Shown here piece after piece: positions 27,325 through 35,835 of a stretch of 55,319 bases of DNA. A model generated the notes under the pieces. That model ran no database searches. It saw nothing but the letters and a program-made list of their open reading frames with translations, and was not told where the DNA came from. Numbering within the stretch: the first letter of the stretch is position 1; each line of letters begins with the position of its first letter. The DNA comes from a virus (Duplodnaviria; Caudoviricetes), in IMG/VR virus record IMGVR_UViG_3300036835_000046, positions 1 to 55,319 of that record; one strand, written 5' to 3'. The position numbers and the translations under genes were made by a program.

Positions 27325-27529
27325 GTCCGTCAGACCCCCTACAGGCCCGCCGAAGGGCTAGTCCCGGCTTCAGAAACACCGCTCTTTGCGGGGCCTTTAG
27401 GGGGACTGGACGTTTGTTCGATGGCGCTCCTAAGCCGCGCCTAAATAGGGTGCCGCCGTCCGCTGGGGAGAACCCCGGAGGCTCTGGCCAGCGCGACGGT
27501 CCTGTAACGCGAGTGAAAGGACTTCACTC
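27325..27529 (+). promoter_or_regulatory. structured 5' leader
   Basis: Nested stems; GAGTGAA-AGGAC-TTCACTC hairpin abutting the ATG at 27530. Confidence 0.45.
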
Positions 27530-28966
27530 ATGAGGCATAAGCCTCTCGTCATGGCGGCTGTGACAGCCGTGATGACAATCGGATCGGCGGGGGTGGCCAA
27601 CGCGCTCCCCGGCGACCGCGCCGTGTCGGACCTCAGCCCCTACCGGCTGAACGATCACACGCTGGAGCCGGGTTGCTTCGTCAACTCGTACCGGCTGCCG
27701 CAGTCGATCCAGGACCACCTCGACCTGTCCCTGCTGGATGCCGGGACCATCGGGGAGGATCTGCACGTGTCGGTGGACACCGGGGCCGATGCGTCGGTCG
27801 ATCAGGTGCTCGTCGCTGACAACGTGGGCTACAAGGTCTACAACACGTTCGACACCGGCACGATCAACAACGACCCTGACATCGATCCGGGCCAGACCGG
27901 CACCGGCATGAACGGGTTCACGGCGCGCGGCACCACCAGCACCCGCGACACCATCGTCTGCGTCTCCGACCACGGCGATGCGGGCCAGAACGAGCCGTAC
28001 CAGCAGGAGGCCGACGGCATGGTGTCGGCCAAGAACCGGCCCATCCTGTCACCCAAGGTGACGGCGGTCGGCGTCTCGGCCATCACGAACCTGAAGACGT
28101 TCAAGGTCGGGTTCGGGTACGACACCGAGCGGTGGTACAAGGTCCCGACGTACGACGGCCACTCGGCCTTCGCCAACGTGACCGACCCCAACGCCTTCCC
28201 GTCGCCGGTCTTCGGTGACAGCCGTCTGCCGCGTGTGGTGGACCTGTTCCCCCGTCAGGGTGGCAACGGGGTTTCCACCGACCCGGCCGACTTCACCTAT
28301 GACACCCGGCGTGTCAACGACTTCGACTCGTCGCGCGAGCCGTGGGCGTTCGGTGATCCGTTCGACGGTCAGACCGCGTTCTTCAAGCAGGACGGCGACG
28401 ACACCGCCTGGACCGACACGGCGACGACCAACAACGGGCTGTTCAACCTGCTGGCCACGCTGACCCAGGGCGACCTCCCGCTGTCCTGGAGCCTGCGTCC
28501 CTCGCTGGGCGCTCCGGACACCCTCCGGATCGGCACGTTCACACGTGACGACTACGACGCCTGGAACGCGGCGTGGCAGGCGTACTACAAGGGCGGCAAG
28601 CTGTGCGACGGCCCGGACGGCATGCGCGGTGTCAACGTGGGCGACCTCGGCTGCATCGTGCTCGTCCCCGGCACCAACTCGCCGGACCCGGACCAGAGCG
28701 TGACGGTCATCGTCAACCCACCTGTCACCCAGCCCGCGCCGACCCCGGCTGCCCCGGCCCCCGCTCCCATCGTGGTCAACCCGACCCCGGTGACGGTGCA
28801 GGCCCCGGCCGCTCCCGCGTCGGTCACCCCGTCGTCCGTGACCCACAAGGCCAAGGCGACGAAGACGCAGAAGAAGGCGTACGCCAAGTGCGTCAAGGCG
28901 GCTTCCAAGAAGCACGGCAGCAAGCACCGCAAGGCGCTCGCCAAGTGCCGCCGGATGCCGCACTAA
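27530..28966 (+). CDS. secreted/cell-surface protein with Pro-rich linker and Lys-rich two-Cys C-terminus
   Basis: Signal peptide (..GVANA), PAP-rich linker, KAYAKCVKAASKKHGSKHRKALAKCRR. Confidence 0.85.
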   Translation: MRHKPLVMAAVTAVMTIGSAGVANALPGDRAVSDLSPYRLNDHTLEPGCFVNSYRLPQSIQDHLDLSLLDAGTIGEDLHVSVDTGADASVDQVLVADNVGYKVYNTFDTGTINNDPDIDPGQTGTGMNGFTARGTTSTRDTIVCVSDHGDAGQNEPYQQEADGMVSAKNRPILSPKVTAVGVSAITNLKTFKVGFGYDTERWYKVPTYDGHSAFANVTDPNAFPSPVFGDSRLPRVVDLFPRQGGNGVSTDPADFTYDTRRVNDFDSSREPWAFGDPFDGQTAFFKQDGDDTAWTDTATTNNGLFNLLATLTQGDLPLSWSLRPSLGAPDTLRIGTFTRDDYDAWNAAWQAYYKGGKLCDGPDGMRGVNVGDLGCIVLVPGTNSPDPDQSVTVIVNPPVTQPAPTPAAPAPAPIVVNPTPVTVQAPAAPASVTPSSVTHKAKATKTQKKAYAKCVKAASKKHGSKHRKALAKCRRMPH

Positions 28967-29338
28967 GGAGCTAGAGCCTCCGGCTCAGCACACCGGCTCG
29001 GGCGGCGAACCCAACCCTCCGTCGCCCAGCCGGTGAAGTGTCAGGTAAACTGACACAGCGGCGGGTAACCCTCTGACCCCCCGCCCGCCGCACACGAAGG
29101 TCCTCATCTCGGCGCTCTCAGACCCGGCGTCGGGGTGGGGGCCTTCGTCATGTAGTAGCAAGGTCCTTCACACTGTCCCGGCTTCAGGTAAGGACCGCCT
29201 GCTACGATGTCTCTGTTCGAGTGGCCTCACTCGTTCGGTTGACGCCGCCGAGCCTCGTCCTCCCTACGCAGACAGGGGAGGGCGAGGCTCACTGCGGCCT
29301 AGCGAGGGGGCCGGTCCAGCACCCCCTCGTCGGCGTCC
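28967..29338 (+). ncRNA. candidate structured ncRNA or terminator zone between the convergent arms
   Basis: Seven or more consecutive stem-loops, including a 22-bp stem (29094-29148) with several G-U pairs on the + strand. Confidence 0.55.
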
Positions 29339-29569
29339 CTAGTGGACGTTGACGAAGCGCATCGAGAACCCGTTGTGCGGGATGATCGTGCGCGGCTTGT
29401 TGTCCAGTGCGGGATCGGGCGTCATGCCACGTGCCCTGTCATAGCGCGGGACGAACCCGAGCTTGTCCGCTCCCGGCGTGTTGCCGGGGAGGACGTAGTT
29501 GCCCGCTGGCAGGTGCGTACCAAATGGCATGGTCGGTGTCACCGGGGTTGGCAGGACCGTCACGCTCAT
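29339..29569 (-). CDS. small hypothetical protein
   Basis: ATGA overlap with the upstream gene; shares a RTIIP.NG motif with it. Confidence 0.7.
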   Translation of the reverse strand: MSVTVLPTPVTPTMPFGTHLPAGNYVLPGNTPGADKLGFVPRYDRARGMTPDPALDNKPRTIIPHNGFSMRFVNVH

Positions 29570-29886
29570 GTCAACGGACTCCCGAGTGAGCGTCCGTTGA
29601 GCGGGATGATCGTGCGTCCCTTCATGCCCATCCGGTCGGGTGGTGACTGGGTGAGCTTGACCCGGTGCGGATGCACTCCACGGTCCGGGCCTGGTGCTGT
29701 GTGCCCCTTGACGATGGCCCCCGGCGTCTTCGTGGCCATGTCACTGGGGTAGCCACTGGCCGGACGACGCGGACCGAGCTTGAGCACGTATCCGGCCGGT
29801 GTGTCCATCGTGGCCGGACGGTAGCCGGTCACCCGGTTGGCCTCGACCATCGCTGGCTTGCGCTTGATGACCTCGGCTGTCGCCAT
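29566..29886 (-). CDS. small basic hypothetical protein
   Basis: AAGGAGG RBS. Confidence 0.75.
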   Translation of the reverse strand: MATAEVIKRKPAMVEANRVTGYRPATMDTPAGYVLKLGPRRPASGYPSDMATKTPGAIVKGHTAPGPDRGVHPHRVKLTQSPPDRMGMKGRTIIPLNGRSLGSPLT

Positions 29887-29925
29887 CTTCCTTCACCTCC
29901 TTCCTGTCTCGTTGGTTGTCAGTTT

Positions 29926-30111
29926 CTAGTCCGGCTCCTCGTCCTCGTCCTCGTCCTCGCCGTCGGGCGCGTCCTCCGTCTCCGGGGCGTCCTGCTCCTG
30001 GATCGCGTCCTCGCCGCCGACTGGGACTGGCTGCGGCTCCTCGACCGGCACGCCTTGGCGCGAGCGCTCGTCGGCGTCGTCGTCCTCCATGTGAAGCTCC
30101 TTGTCCTCCAT
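29926..30111 (-). CDS. small very acidic protein
   Basis: Asp/Glu-dominated; TGATG coupling. Confidence 0.65.
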   Translation of the reverse strand: MEDKELHMEDDDADERSRQGVPVEEPQPVPVGGEDAIQEQDAPETEDAPDGEDEDEDEEPD

Positions 30112-30290
30112 CAGAGCTTCCCGGTGAACTCGGTCGAGCGCTGGCGGTACGTGTCCTTGGCAGGAAGGCTCGCGCCGCCCTGCATCCGGATCGTCGCGTA
30201 CTGCGCAGTCGTGCGCTTGGTGCCACGCCGCTTGCGCGGGTAGCCGGACGCTCGCCGGTTGGCGGCGAACACTGCGGCTGCTCCTGGCAT
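30111..30290 (-). CDS. small basic protein (MPGAAAVFAANRR...)
   Basis: Hand-translated; AGGAGG RBS. Confidence 0.65.
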   Translation of the reverse strand: MPGAAAVFAANRRASGYPRKRRGTKRTTAQYATIRMQGGASLPAKDTYRQRSTEFTGKL

Positions 30291-30308
30291 CTACTGACCT
30301 CCTGGTTG

Positions 30309-30437
30309 TTACTTCTTGCGAGATGTACGACGAGTTGACTTCTTGGCAGCGGACTTCTTTCTCCTGCCGCCCAGCTTGCCCGCCTTCATCTTCTCCATGT
30401 TCGCCTTGAACGACGCCGGGAGCTTACGTTTCGCCAC
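30309..30437 (-). CDS. small protamine-like basic protein
   Basis: MAKRKLPASFKANMEKMKAGKLGGRRKK...; GGAGG RBS. Confidence 0.65.
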   Translation of the reverse strand: MAKRKLPASFKANMEKMKAGKLGGRRKKSAAKKSTRRTSRKK

Positions 30438-30624
30438 GGTGGGCCTCCACGTAGTCGGGGGTATTGCCATCTTCGTCTCGCTCCTCCGGGAGCCAGGCGG
30501 GCGGATCGTCCTCCAGGTAGATGACAAGCGCCCCGTCACAGATCGTCCAGCACTCGCCCCACACGGCGTTCTCCACGTCCTTGCTGGCGATGATCTGCTG
30601 AAGCCGTTCGTCTGGCATCGGCAT
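30424..30624 (-). CDS. small acidic protein
   Basis: GGAGG RBS. Confidence 0.6.
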   Translation of the reverse strand: MPMPDERLQQIIASKDVENAVWGECWTICDGALVIYLEDDPPAWLPEERDEDGNTPDYVEAHRGET

Positions 30625-30626
30625 TG

Positions 30627-30776
30627 TCAGACCCTCCCTCGACGGGCCGTCAGCAGGTGCCAGATCAAGACGATTGCCAGCACCACGACGACGAGCCAGA
30701 TGATGCTGGAGACGTAGGCACCACCGGCAAGTGCCAACACGATCAACACCAGCAGGATGATGAGTATCAGGTCCAT
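30627..30776 (-). CDS. small two-TM membrane protein
   Basis: Hand-translated MDLILIILLVLIVLALAGG...WHLLTARRGRV. Confidence 0.65.
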   Translation of the reverse strand: MDLILIILLVLIVLALAGGAYVSSIIWLVVVVLAIVLIWHLLTARRGRV

Positions 30777-30998
30777 TTACTTCTTCTTCCTGCCGCCCTT
30801 GTTCCACTTCCTCGCGTTGAGCGCGAAAGTGGCCCGCTTACGGGTCGTCGGGTTCTTGCTCCGCTTCATCTGCTGGAGCTTCTTGACAGGGATCTTGCTG
30901 CCCTTCTTGACCCTCGCCGTCTTGCGCAGCTTGCCCCTGTTGGCAGGCTTGATGTTGATCCCGCTCTTGCGCTTGCGGGTACTCCGCTTGCGTGCCAT
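30777..30998 (-). CDS. small highly basic protein, putative DNA-condensing virion protein
   Basis: IKPANRGKL...KIPVKKL...SKNPTTRKRATFALNARKW. Confidence 0.75.
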   Translation of the reverse strand: MARKRSTRKRKSGINIKPANRGKLRKTARVKKGSKIPVKKLQQMKRSKNPTTRKRATFALNARKWNKGGRKKK

Positions 30999-31011
30999 GG
31001 GGGCATTCTAC
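30996..31011 (-). promoter_or_regulatory. putative leaderless promoter
   Basis: GTAGAATGCC-NN-CATG, same arrangement as at 44074-44089. Confidence 0.5.
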
Positions 31012-31022
31012 CCCCTCTGGAG

Positions 31023-31376
31023 CTACTGCAACCGCTTTAGCACGCCCCGACGGCGCTCCGCTGCCTTATCCAGCGGTACGTAGGCCGGGGCCTCCCCGGT
31101 GGCCAGGGCGGCATGGTCCTCCAACCTGACAAGGACCAGGAGTTCGCCGTCGAGTTCAAAGATGACGCCAGGCTTGGCACCATCACCGTGCCCCGCTGGG
31201 CCGCGCGTGCCTTGGACCGCCTCTCGCCATAGGCGAGCAATGGCCCGTAAAGCTGTCTCCCGAATTGTCTCAGTTGCCTTGACGCTGTAGACGAAGCCTC
31301 CGCCATCCTTGCCATCGAGCTTGAGAAAGCGGCCACTGCCCGACGCAGCGACGACACGTCCGCCGACAACTTCCAT
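31023..31376 (-). CDS. hypothetical protein (overlapping frame)
   Basis: Protein-like sequence overlapping 31037..31408; which frame is used is unresolved. Confidence 0.4.
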   Translation of the reverse strand: MEVVGGRVVAASGSGRFLKLDGKDGGGFVYSVKATETIRETALRAIARLWREAVQGTRGPAGHGDGAKPGVIFELDGELLVLVRLEDHAALATGEAPAYVPLDKAAERRRGVLKRLQ

Positions 31377-31408
31377 CGCACGTACTTCTGCGGATCTGCC
31401 GATGTCAT
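31037..31408 (-). CDS. hypothetical protein
   Basis: GGAGGAG RBS, starts just after the upstream stop. Confidence 0.5.
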   Translation of the reverse strand: MTSADPQKYVRWKLSADVSSLRRAVAAFSSSMARMAEASSTASRQLRQFGRQLYGPLLAYGERRSKARAAQRGTVMVPSLASSLNSTANSWSLSGWRTMPPWPPGRPRPTYRWIRQRSAVGAC

Positions 31409-31410
31409 TG

Positions 31411-31680
31411 CTACTCCTCCGGAGCTTCCGGCTCATCGCCAGGCTCTCCCGTCCACTCGGCACCGTCGAGCGCCCACTGGAACAAGCCGGTCTGATAGAC
31501 ACGGCTCTTGGCAGTGCAAAACGTCGGCGTGTGGCATTCGCCATCCTCGTTGTCTTCCGAGGGACGGCGTAGCTCCACGACGATCCCGACCTCCAGCAGT
31601 TCGTCCTCGCCGTGGTTCTCCTCCAGGTAGGCCATGAACAACTGAGCCGCCTCGGCCACCTTCAGAGTGTTGATCGTCAC
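31411..31680 (-). CDS. acidic hypothetical protein
   Basis: GTGA overlap. Confidence 0.7.
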   Translation of the reverse strand: MTINTLKVAEAAQLFMAYLEENHGEDELLEVGIVVELRRPSEDNEDGECHTPTFCTAKSRVYQTGLFQWALDGAEWTGEPGDEPEAPEE

Positions 31681-31850
31681 GTCTTGTCCCGCTCCTTGAC
31701 GGTAATCGTCATCTTGGTTGGCAGTCCCACATGTTCTGTCTCGACCCGCCGCAACGCCTCCCTGCATGCCTGCATCACGCGGTCGATGTCCAGCGGCGTG
31801 CCAGTGATCTTGACTTCAGATCCATCCGAGATGTCAAGTAGCACGCACAC
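31677..31850 (-). CDS. small hypothetical protein
   Basis: Fills the operon gap. Confidence 0.55.
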   Translation of the reverse strand: MCVLLDISDGSEVKITGTPLDIDRVMQACREALRRVETEHVGLPTKMTITVKERDKT

Positions 31851-31851
31851 C

Positions 31852-32019
31852 TTACTCGGTCCTCTCCAAGATGGCATTCGGCACGATCTCGATGGCCTCG
31901 ACCGGCCGCTCCTCGTTGAGCATCGCGTCAAGCACGATGCCAGCGGCGGCGAATGGCCCTTCCATCCAGATCTCGGACTGGACGCCGTGGGCGTAGCTGA
32001 GTGTTATCTGGATTGCCAT
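31852..32019 (-). CDS. small hypothetical protein (MAIQITLSY...)
   Basis: Hand-translated; TAATG coupling. Confidence 0.55.
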   Translation of the reverse strand: MAIQITLSYAHGVQSEIWMEGPFAAAGIVLDAMLNEERPVEAIEIVPNAILERTE

Positions 32020-32534
32020 TAGAACTGCCTTCCGTGCTTGAAGGGACGCTCGGCGTTCCTGGCCATCTTGCGCACCATCAGGTCGCCCAGCGCGATCTTC
32101 AGCGCCGTGGCCACGTCTCCGATCCGGATCTCGGCGTCGGCCAGTTCCTCTCCGAACTGCTCGGCCTCGTCGGAGAAGTCCGGGTTCAGGAGCTTGTCAA
32201 CGCCGAGGTCACGCAGCGGCTCGACCGCCTCGCAGATCTCGGTGATGATTAGTAGCAGCTTGGTTGCCACCACGTTGTTGCGCAGCGCCTCTGCCGCCAG
32301 CTTGAGGCCGTCCACCGTGGAGCAGCCCAGGAAGGTGACATCGGTGGTGAAGCGCTCCTCCTTGCTGAGATAGTCGCTCAGCGCGCCCAGCCAGTCGGCC
32401 AGCTTCCAGTCCTCATGGAAGCCGTGGTCCTCGCTCGTCTGCCAATGCTCCTGCGCAAGCGCATTGACAACTGCCGCCTCGACACTGGGGCCGTGGCCAT
32501 CGGTGTCCTGCGGAGACTGCGTGACGTGTCTCAT
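32019..32534 (-). CDS. MazG-like nucleotide pyrophosphohydrolase
   Basis: KLLLIITEICEAVE...EELADAEIRIGD...KMARNAERPFKHG. Confidence 0.85.
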   Translation of the reverse strand: MRHVTQSPQDTDGHGPSVEAAVVNALAQEHWQTSEDHGFHEDWKLADWLGALSDYLSKEERFTTDVTFLGCSTVDGLKLAAEALRNNVVATKLLLIITEICEAVEPLRDLGVDKLLNPDFSDEAEQFGEELADAEIRIGDVATALKIALGDLMVRKMARNAERPFKHGRQF

Positions 32535-32785
32535 CCCTCTTGGTACTCCTTCTCCGCTTCGCTGTTGGCGTTCCCTGGCATCCCGTCAATCAGGTAGTCA
32601 GGGTAGGTGAAGTTCTTCAGGTCTTTGGCCCGTAGCTCGATGCGCCTGTTCGGTGGCCTGCCGACATGGACGCGCTCCTGGATCTGGTCGAATCCCTGGC
32701 AGAACTGGCAAGGGAGATGACTGGTCCGGAAGTTGGCATGCGGCATTCCACGCTCGTCCCTGCATTTCGAGCAGTACACCGCCAT
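32531..32785 (-). CDS. small Zn-finger protein
   Basis: CSKC...CQFC. Confidence 0.7.
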   Translation of the reverse strand: MAVYCSKCRDERGMPHANFRTSHLPCQFCQGFDQIQERVHVGRPPNRRIELRAKDLKNFTYPDYLIDGMPGNANSEAEKEYQEG

Positions 32786-32790
32786 GACAT

Positions 32791-33435
32791 TTACTCCTCT
32801 CTGAGCGGCCTGACAATGCCTGGTCGCCTCGGTTGTTCCTCCTCAGCCCACTCGCGCAGGCGCTCCATGTCCACCAGACCCCCCAGACGGCCCGCCTGAA
32901 CCGCTGAATCGCTCCAGCCGTACTTGGACGCCTCGACGCCTGTGGCGTTCTGGTAGCGGCCCTGGTAGGGGTTCCGGCACTGCGCTGCCAGGTACTCGAA
33001 CACCATCTGGCAAATCGGCTTGCCGGGGCGCAGCTTGATCGGCACCCTCCGAGCGTTGAACAACTCCATTGTCACCGGCCCCTGGAAACCAGGATCGATG
33101 TTGCCGCCGGTGATGTGAATGAAGATGCCAAGTCGGGCGCAGGAGGACTTGCCGTCCAACCGTCCGGCGATGTTGTTCGGCAGGTACACCGTCTCGGCGG
33201 TGACTCCCAACATGAACTCGCCAGGGTGGATGATGATCCCGTCAGGGCGCTCGACCTTGTGTGCGCCGCTGTCCTGGACATCACCCAGGTCGATCATCGC
33301 CTGATCGTGCTCGGAGAAGACGATGAACTCGGTGCCAAGCGTCATGTCATATGACGCTGGATTTAGTCGCTCCGCATTCCACGGCACGATCATCCCGGTC
33401 TGGGATTCAATGTGCCAATCGGGGAGAATCGTCAT
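32791..33435 (-). CDS. dcd: dCTP deaminase
   Basis: LNPASYD, GKSSCARLG, IDPGFQGPVTME, PICQM, YQGRYQ. Confidence 0.92.
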   Translation of the reverse strand: MTILPDWHIESQTGMIVPWNAERLNPASYDMTLGTEFIVFSEHDQAMIDLGDVQDSGAHKVERPDGIIIHPGEFMLGVTAETVYLPNNIAGRLDGKSSCARLGIFIHITGGNIDPGFQGPVTMELFNARRVPIKLRPGKPICQMVFEYLAAQCRNPYQGRYQNATGVEASKYGWSDSAVQAGRLGGLVDMERLREWAEEEQPRRPGIVRPLREE

Positions 33436-33698
33436 GCGACCTTCTTGAAGCGCGGCACCTGTTCACCGTCGCGCTCGACCATGCTGTTCCAGCAGTCCTC
33501 ACCGTCGTCCTCGTTCAGTGGCCTGACAGTGAACATGACGTTCTCGTAGAAGCGATCCCGCTGGCGCTCTGGGTCGAGTGTCATGTAGGCGACACCTTGG
33601 CCACCGTTCCACTCCAGCCGCACCAGACCGATGGCAATGTAGTGGCCACCCTTGTAGTGCTCGTAGATGCCAGGACCCTGCCAGTTGTCAATCATCAT
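33432..33698 (-). CDS. DUF1653-like protein
   Basis: GIYEHYKGGHY...VRPL...VPRFKK. Confidence 0.75.
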   Translation of the reverse strand: MMIDNWQGPGIYEHYKGGHYIAIGLVRLEWNGGQGVAYMTLDPERQRDRFYENVMFTVRPLNEDDGEDCWNSMVERDGEQVPRFKKVA

Positions 33699-34092
33699 CA
33701 GGCACCTTGTCAATCCATACGGAAACGGGGAAGGGTGGGATCTGGCTCACCTGGAGGCAGAAGTAGCCGCCGTCCATCAGCAGCATGATCTCGCTCTCGG
33801 TGAAGCGAGCACCGGCCAAGTAGCTGCCATCACGCCAGCGCCCCGGCTGCACGTCGCGCAACTCGACCGTCTCGCCATCGGGTGTGGCCAGTCCGAGTTT
33901 GATGACACCTGGGTTGCCCATCACCCTGACAAAGATGCCACCTCCCTCAACGATGTTGTCGAGTGGGTCTGGCTGCCAGAACGAGCGCACGTAGCCCTCG
34001 TCCATGTTGCGCTCACACGGCATGACGCCCGCATCCTGCCGCTCCGCTAGGTGGTAGCGGAAGTTGCAGGCCGGTGTCTCGACCGGGATCAT
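33688..34092 (-). CDS. hypothetical protein
   Basis: ATGA overlap with the cupin stop. Confidence 0.7.
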   Translation of the reverse strand: MIPVETPACNFRYHLAERQDAGVMPCERNMDEGYVRSFWQPDPLDNIVEGGGIFVRVMGNPGVIKLGLATPDGETVELRDVQPGRWRDGSYLAGARFTESEIMLLMDGGYFCLQVSQIPPFPVSVWIDKVPDDD

Positions 34093-34751
34093 GCCAAGGC
34101 AGCTTTCACCGCCGCCCACAGGTACTCCGGTGTACTGGCAGAGGCGCGGTCGAACTCGTTGTCAGGTTCGATGTTGGTCGGCACCAGCACGTAGGCATCG
34201 CCGGGGTGGATCTCCGTCTTCTCCATGATCGTCACGACGCAGTTGCGCGCATCGCTGTCATGGAAGGTGTGCGCTGGCTGGGTGTAGCTCTGACCGGCGC
34301 TGATCCCCCAGGTGAAGTCCTGCACCGCCAGACCCCGGATGCCGGTGTCCTCCAGGCGACTGTCACTCGCCTTGCCATAGACGGCCTTGTAGAGCTTGAC
34401 CTTCATCGCTGAGGCGCTGACGCCCCGGTGCTCATGCCACTCGCTGCCGACAACCAGGGAGTAGATGCGCTGCTGCATCGTCCCCTTGATGATCGAGGAG
34501 TGCATGTCGAAGACGTGCGTGTGAAGCTCGTTGTGTGTCTCCTGCCTTGGCAATGCAAAGCCAGGCGGGTTCCAGATGTGCAGCCGCAGCGATGCGCCGC
34601 TGTGCCCCTTGTGATGACTGGCTCGCCAGTTCTCCTCCACCGGCTGCAAGTCAACCTGGATGAAGCCGTTCGGGTGGATGCGGATGTTGCCACCGCCATC
34701 CTCCTTGACATCTTCTACTGCTCCGCGAACCCACTCGATATCGTACTGCAC
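34089..34751 (-). CDS. cupin-fold (cysteine dioxygenase-like) metalloprotein
   Basis: HPNGF, LRLHIW, LHTHVFDMHSSIIKG, YTQPAHTFH. Confidence 0.7.
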   Translation of the reverse strand: MQYDIEWVRGAVEDVKEDGGGNIRIHPNGFIQVDLQPVEENWRASHHKGHSGASLRLHIWNPPGFALPRQETHNELHTHVFDMHSSIIKGTMQQRIYSLVVGSEWHEHRGVSASAMKVKLYKAVYGKASDSRLEDTGIRGLAVQDFTWGISAGQSYTQPAHTFHDSDARNCVVTIMEKTEIHPGDAYVLVPTNIEPDNEFDRASASTPEYLWAAVKAALA

Positions 34752-34939
34752 GCCGCTCTCCTCGCTCGGTTGATAGCGGGATCATACAGCAAACGGGAAG
34801 CCCCGTCGGGAGGGGAACTGCTATGGGTTTTGACGGAGCTTCCCGGAGCGAGGCTATCACAGCCCCAGAGCGGCGATCACGCCGATAGCGGCGAGCGCGC
34901 AGATACAGAGCAGACAGAGCAGGAAGACGGCCTCTCCGC

Positions 34940-35245
34940 TCAGGCCGACCTCACCACGACCTCGAACTGTGCCAAGCGCATTGGCTGGCTGCCGCGCCGG
35001 GGCAGTCGCCGCGCGCTGTCGTCCATCACGACGAGTTGTGTCAACTCACGCGGAACTCGCACCACGTCGCGGTCGCCGCTCGCGTGCAGACGCGCGTAGC
35101 GCAGCGCTGTCTCGATGCCGAATGCGACTGGAGTGTCACACGGCGCATCCTCGCTGAGTCGCGTGATGTAGACGTGGACGCCGCCACAGCGGTCGCACGT
35201 GAGCGACTTCGAGTTGACGATCAGTCTCGGATGTCCATCTGCCAT
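34940..35245 (-). CDS. hypothetical Zn-binding protein
   Basis: CDRC; AAGGGAG RBS. Confidence 0.6.
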   Translation of the reverse strand: MADGHPRLIVNSKSLTCDRCGGVHVYITRLSEDAPCDTPVAFGIETALRYARLHASGDRDVVRVPRELTQLVVMDDSARRLPRRGSQPMRLAQFEVVVRSA

Positions 35246-35256
35246 GTAAAGCTCCC

Positions 35257-35583
35257 TTACACCGTTTCGCGGCGGAACGAGTCGCCCATCAGCTTGCAGC
35301 GTTCGTGCTCTCGCTCCGAGATCACCACGAAGGGTATCTGCTGGGCGTTGCCCTCGGCGTCGATCACGTACATGTTGTCGCCGTGCTGAGCGAAGCCGAC
35401 CATCCCAGGCGGCGCGGAGATCAGCCCGTCGATCATGTCGAGATCCCATGGCTCCTCAGTGTCGAGCACGAACACCGGCACCGCTCCCCTTGACATGTAG
35501 GGGAGCCGCATGCCGCGCACAGCGCTCTCCTCCTTGTCCACCAGGAGGCGACCTTCCTTCATGACCATCAACGACGCTTTCAT
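35257..35583 (-). CDS. hypothetical protein
   Basis: AAGGGAG RBS, ATGA overlap. Confidence 0.7.
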   Translation of the reverse strand: MKASLMVMKEGRLLVDKEESAVRGMRLPYMSRGAVPVFVLDTEEPWDLDMIDGLISAPPGMVGFAQHGDNMYVIDAEGNAQQIPFVVISEREHERCKLMGDSFRRETV

Positions 35584-35819
35584 ATGTGACTCCCTTGATC
35601 CGTGGAGGCCCAGCGCGCACTCACCGGCACACGCTGTCGCTCGCCCTGCTGATCGATTGGCGCAGGTTGGATGTCGCGTGCTGACAGGCAGCCTGTCGGC
35701 TGGACCTGAAGCTGCATTCGCCGCACGCCGTCGCCTTGGCGGATGAGCACGGTGCCGTCGCTCTCCCACGCCAGGATGTCGCGCGGCTTCAGGTCATCGA
35801 ATCCTGTCAACAGAGTCAC
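35580..35819 (-). CDS. hypothetical protein
   Basis: Operon position, RBS. Confidence 0.6.
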   Translation of the reverse strand: MTLLTGFDDLKPRDILAWESDGTVLIRQGDGVRRMQLQVQPTGCLSARDIQPAPIDQQGERQRVPVSARWASTDQGSHI

Positions 35820-35835
35820 TTGTCTCGCCCCTTGT

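Noticed and set aside
5677-28963. Long antisense ORFs (e.g. 5677..6807, 11107..12726, 16014..17558, 28049..28963)
   Set aside because: Shadow frames of high-GC3 genes on the opposite strand.
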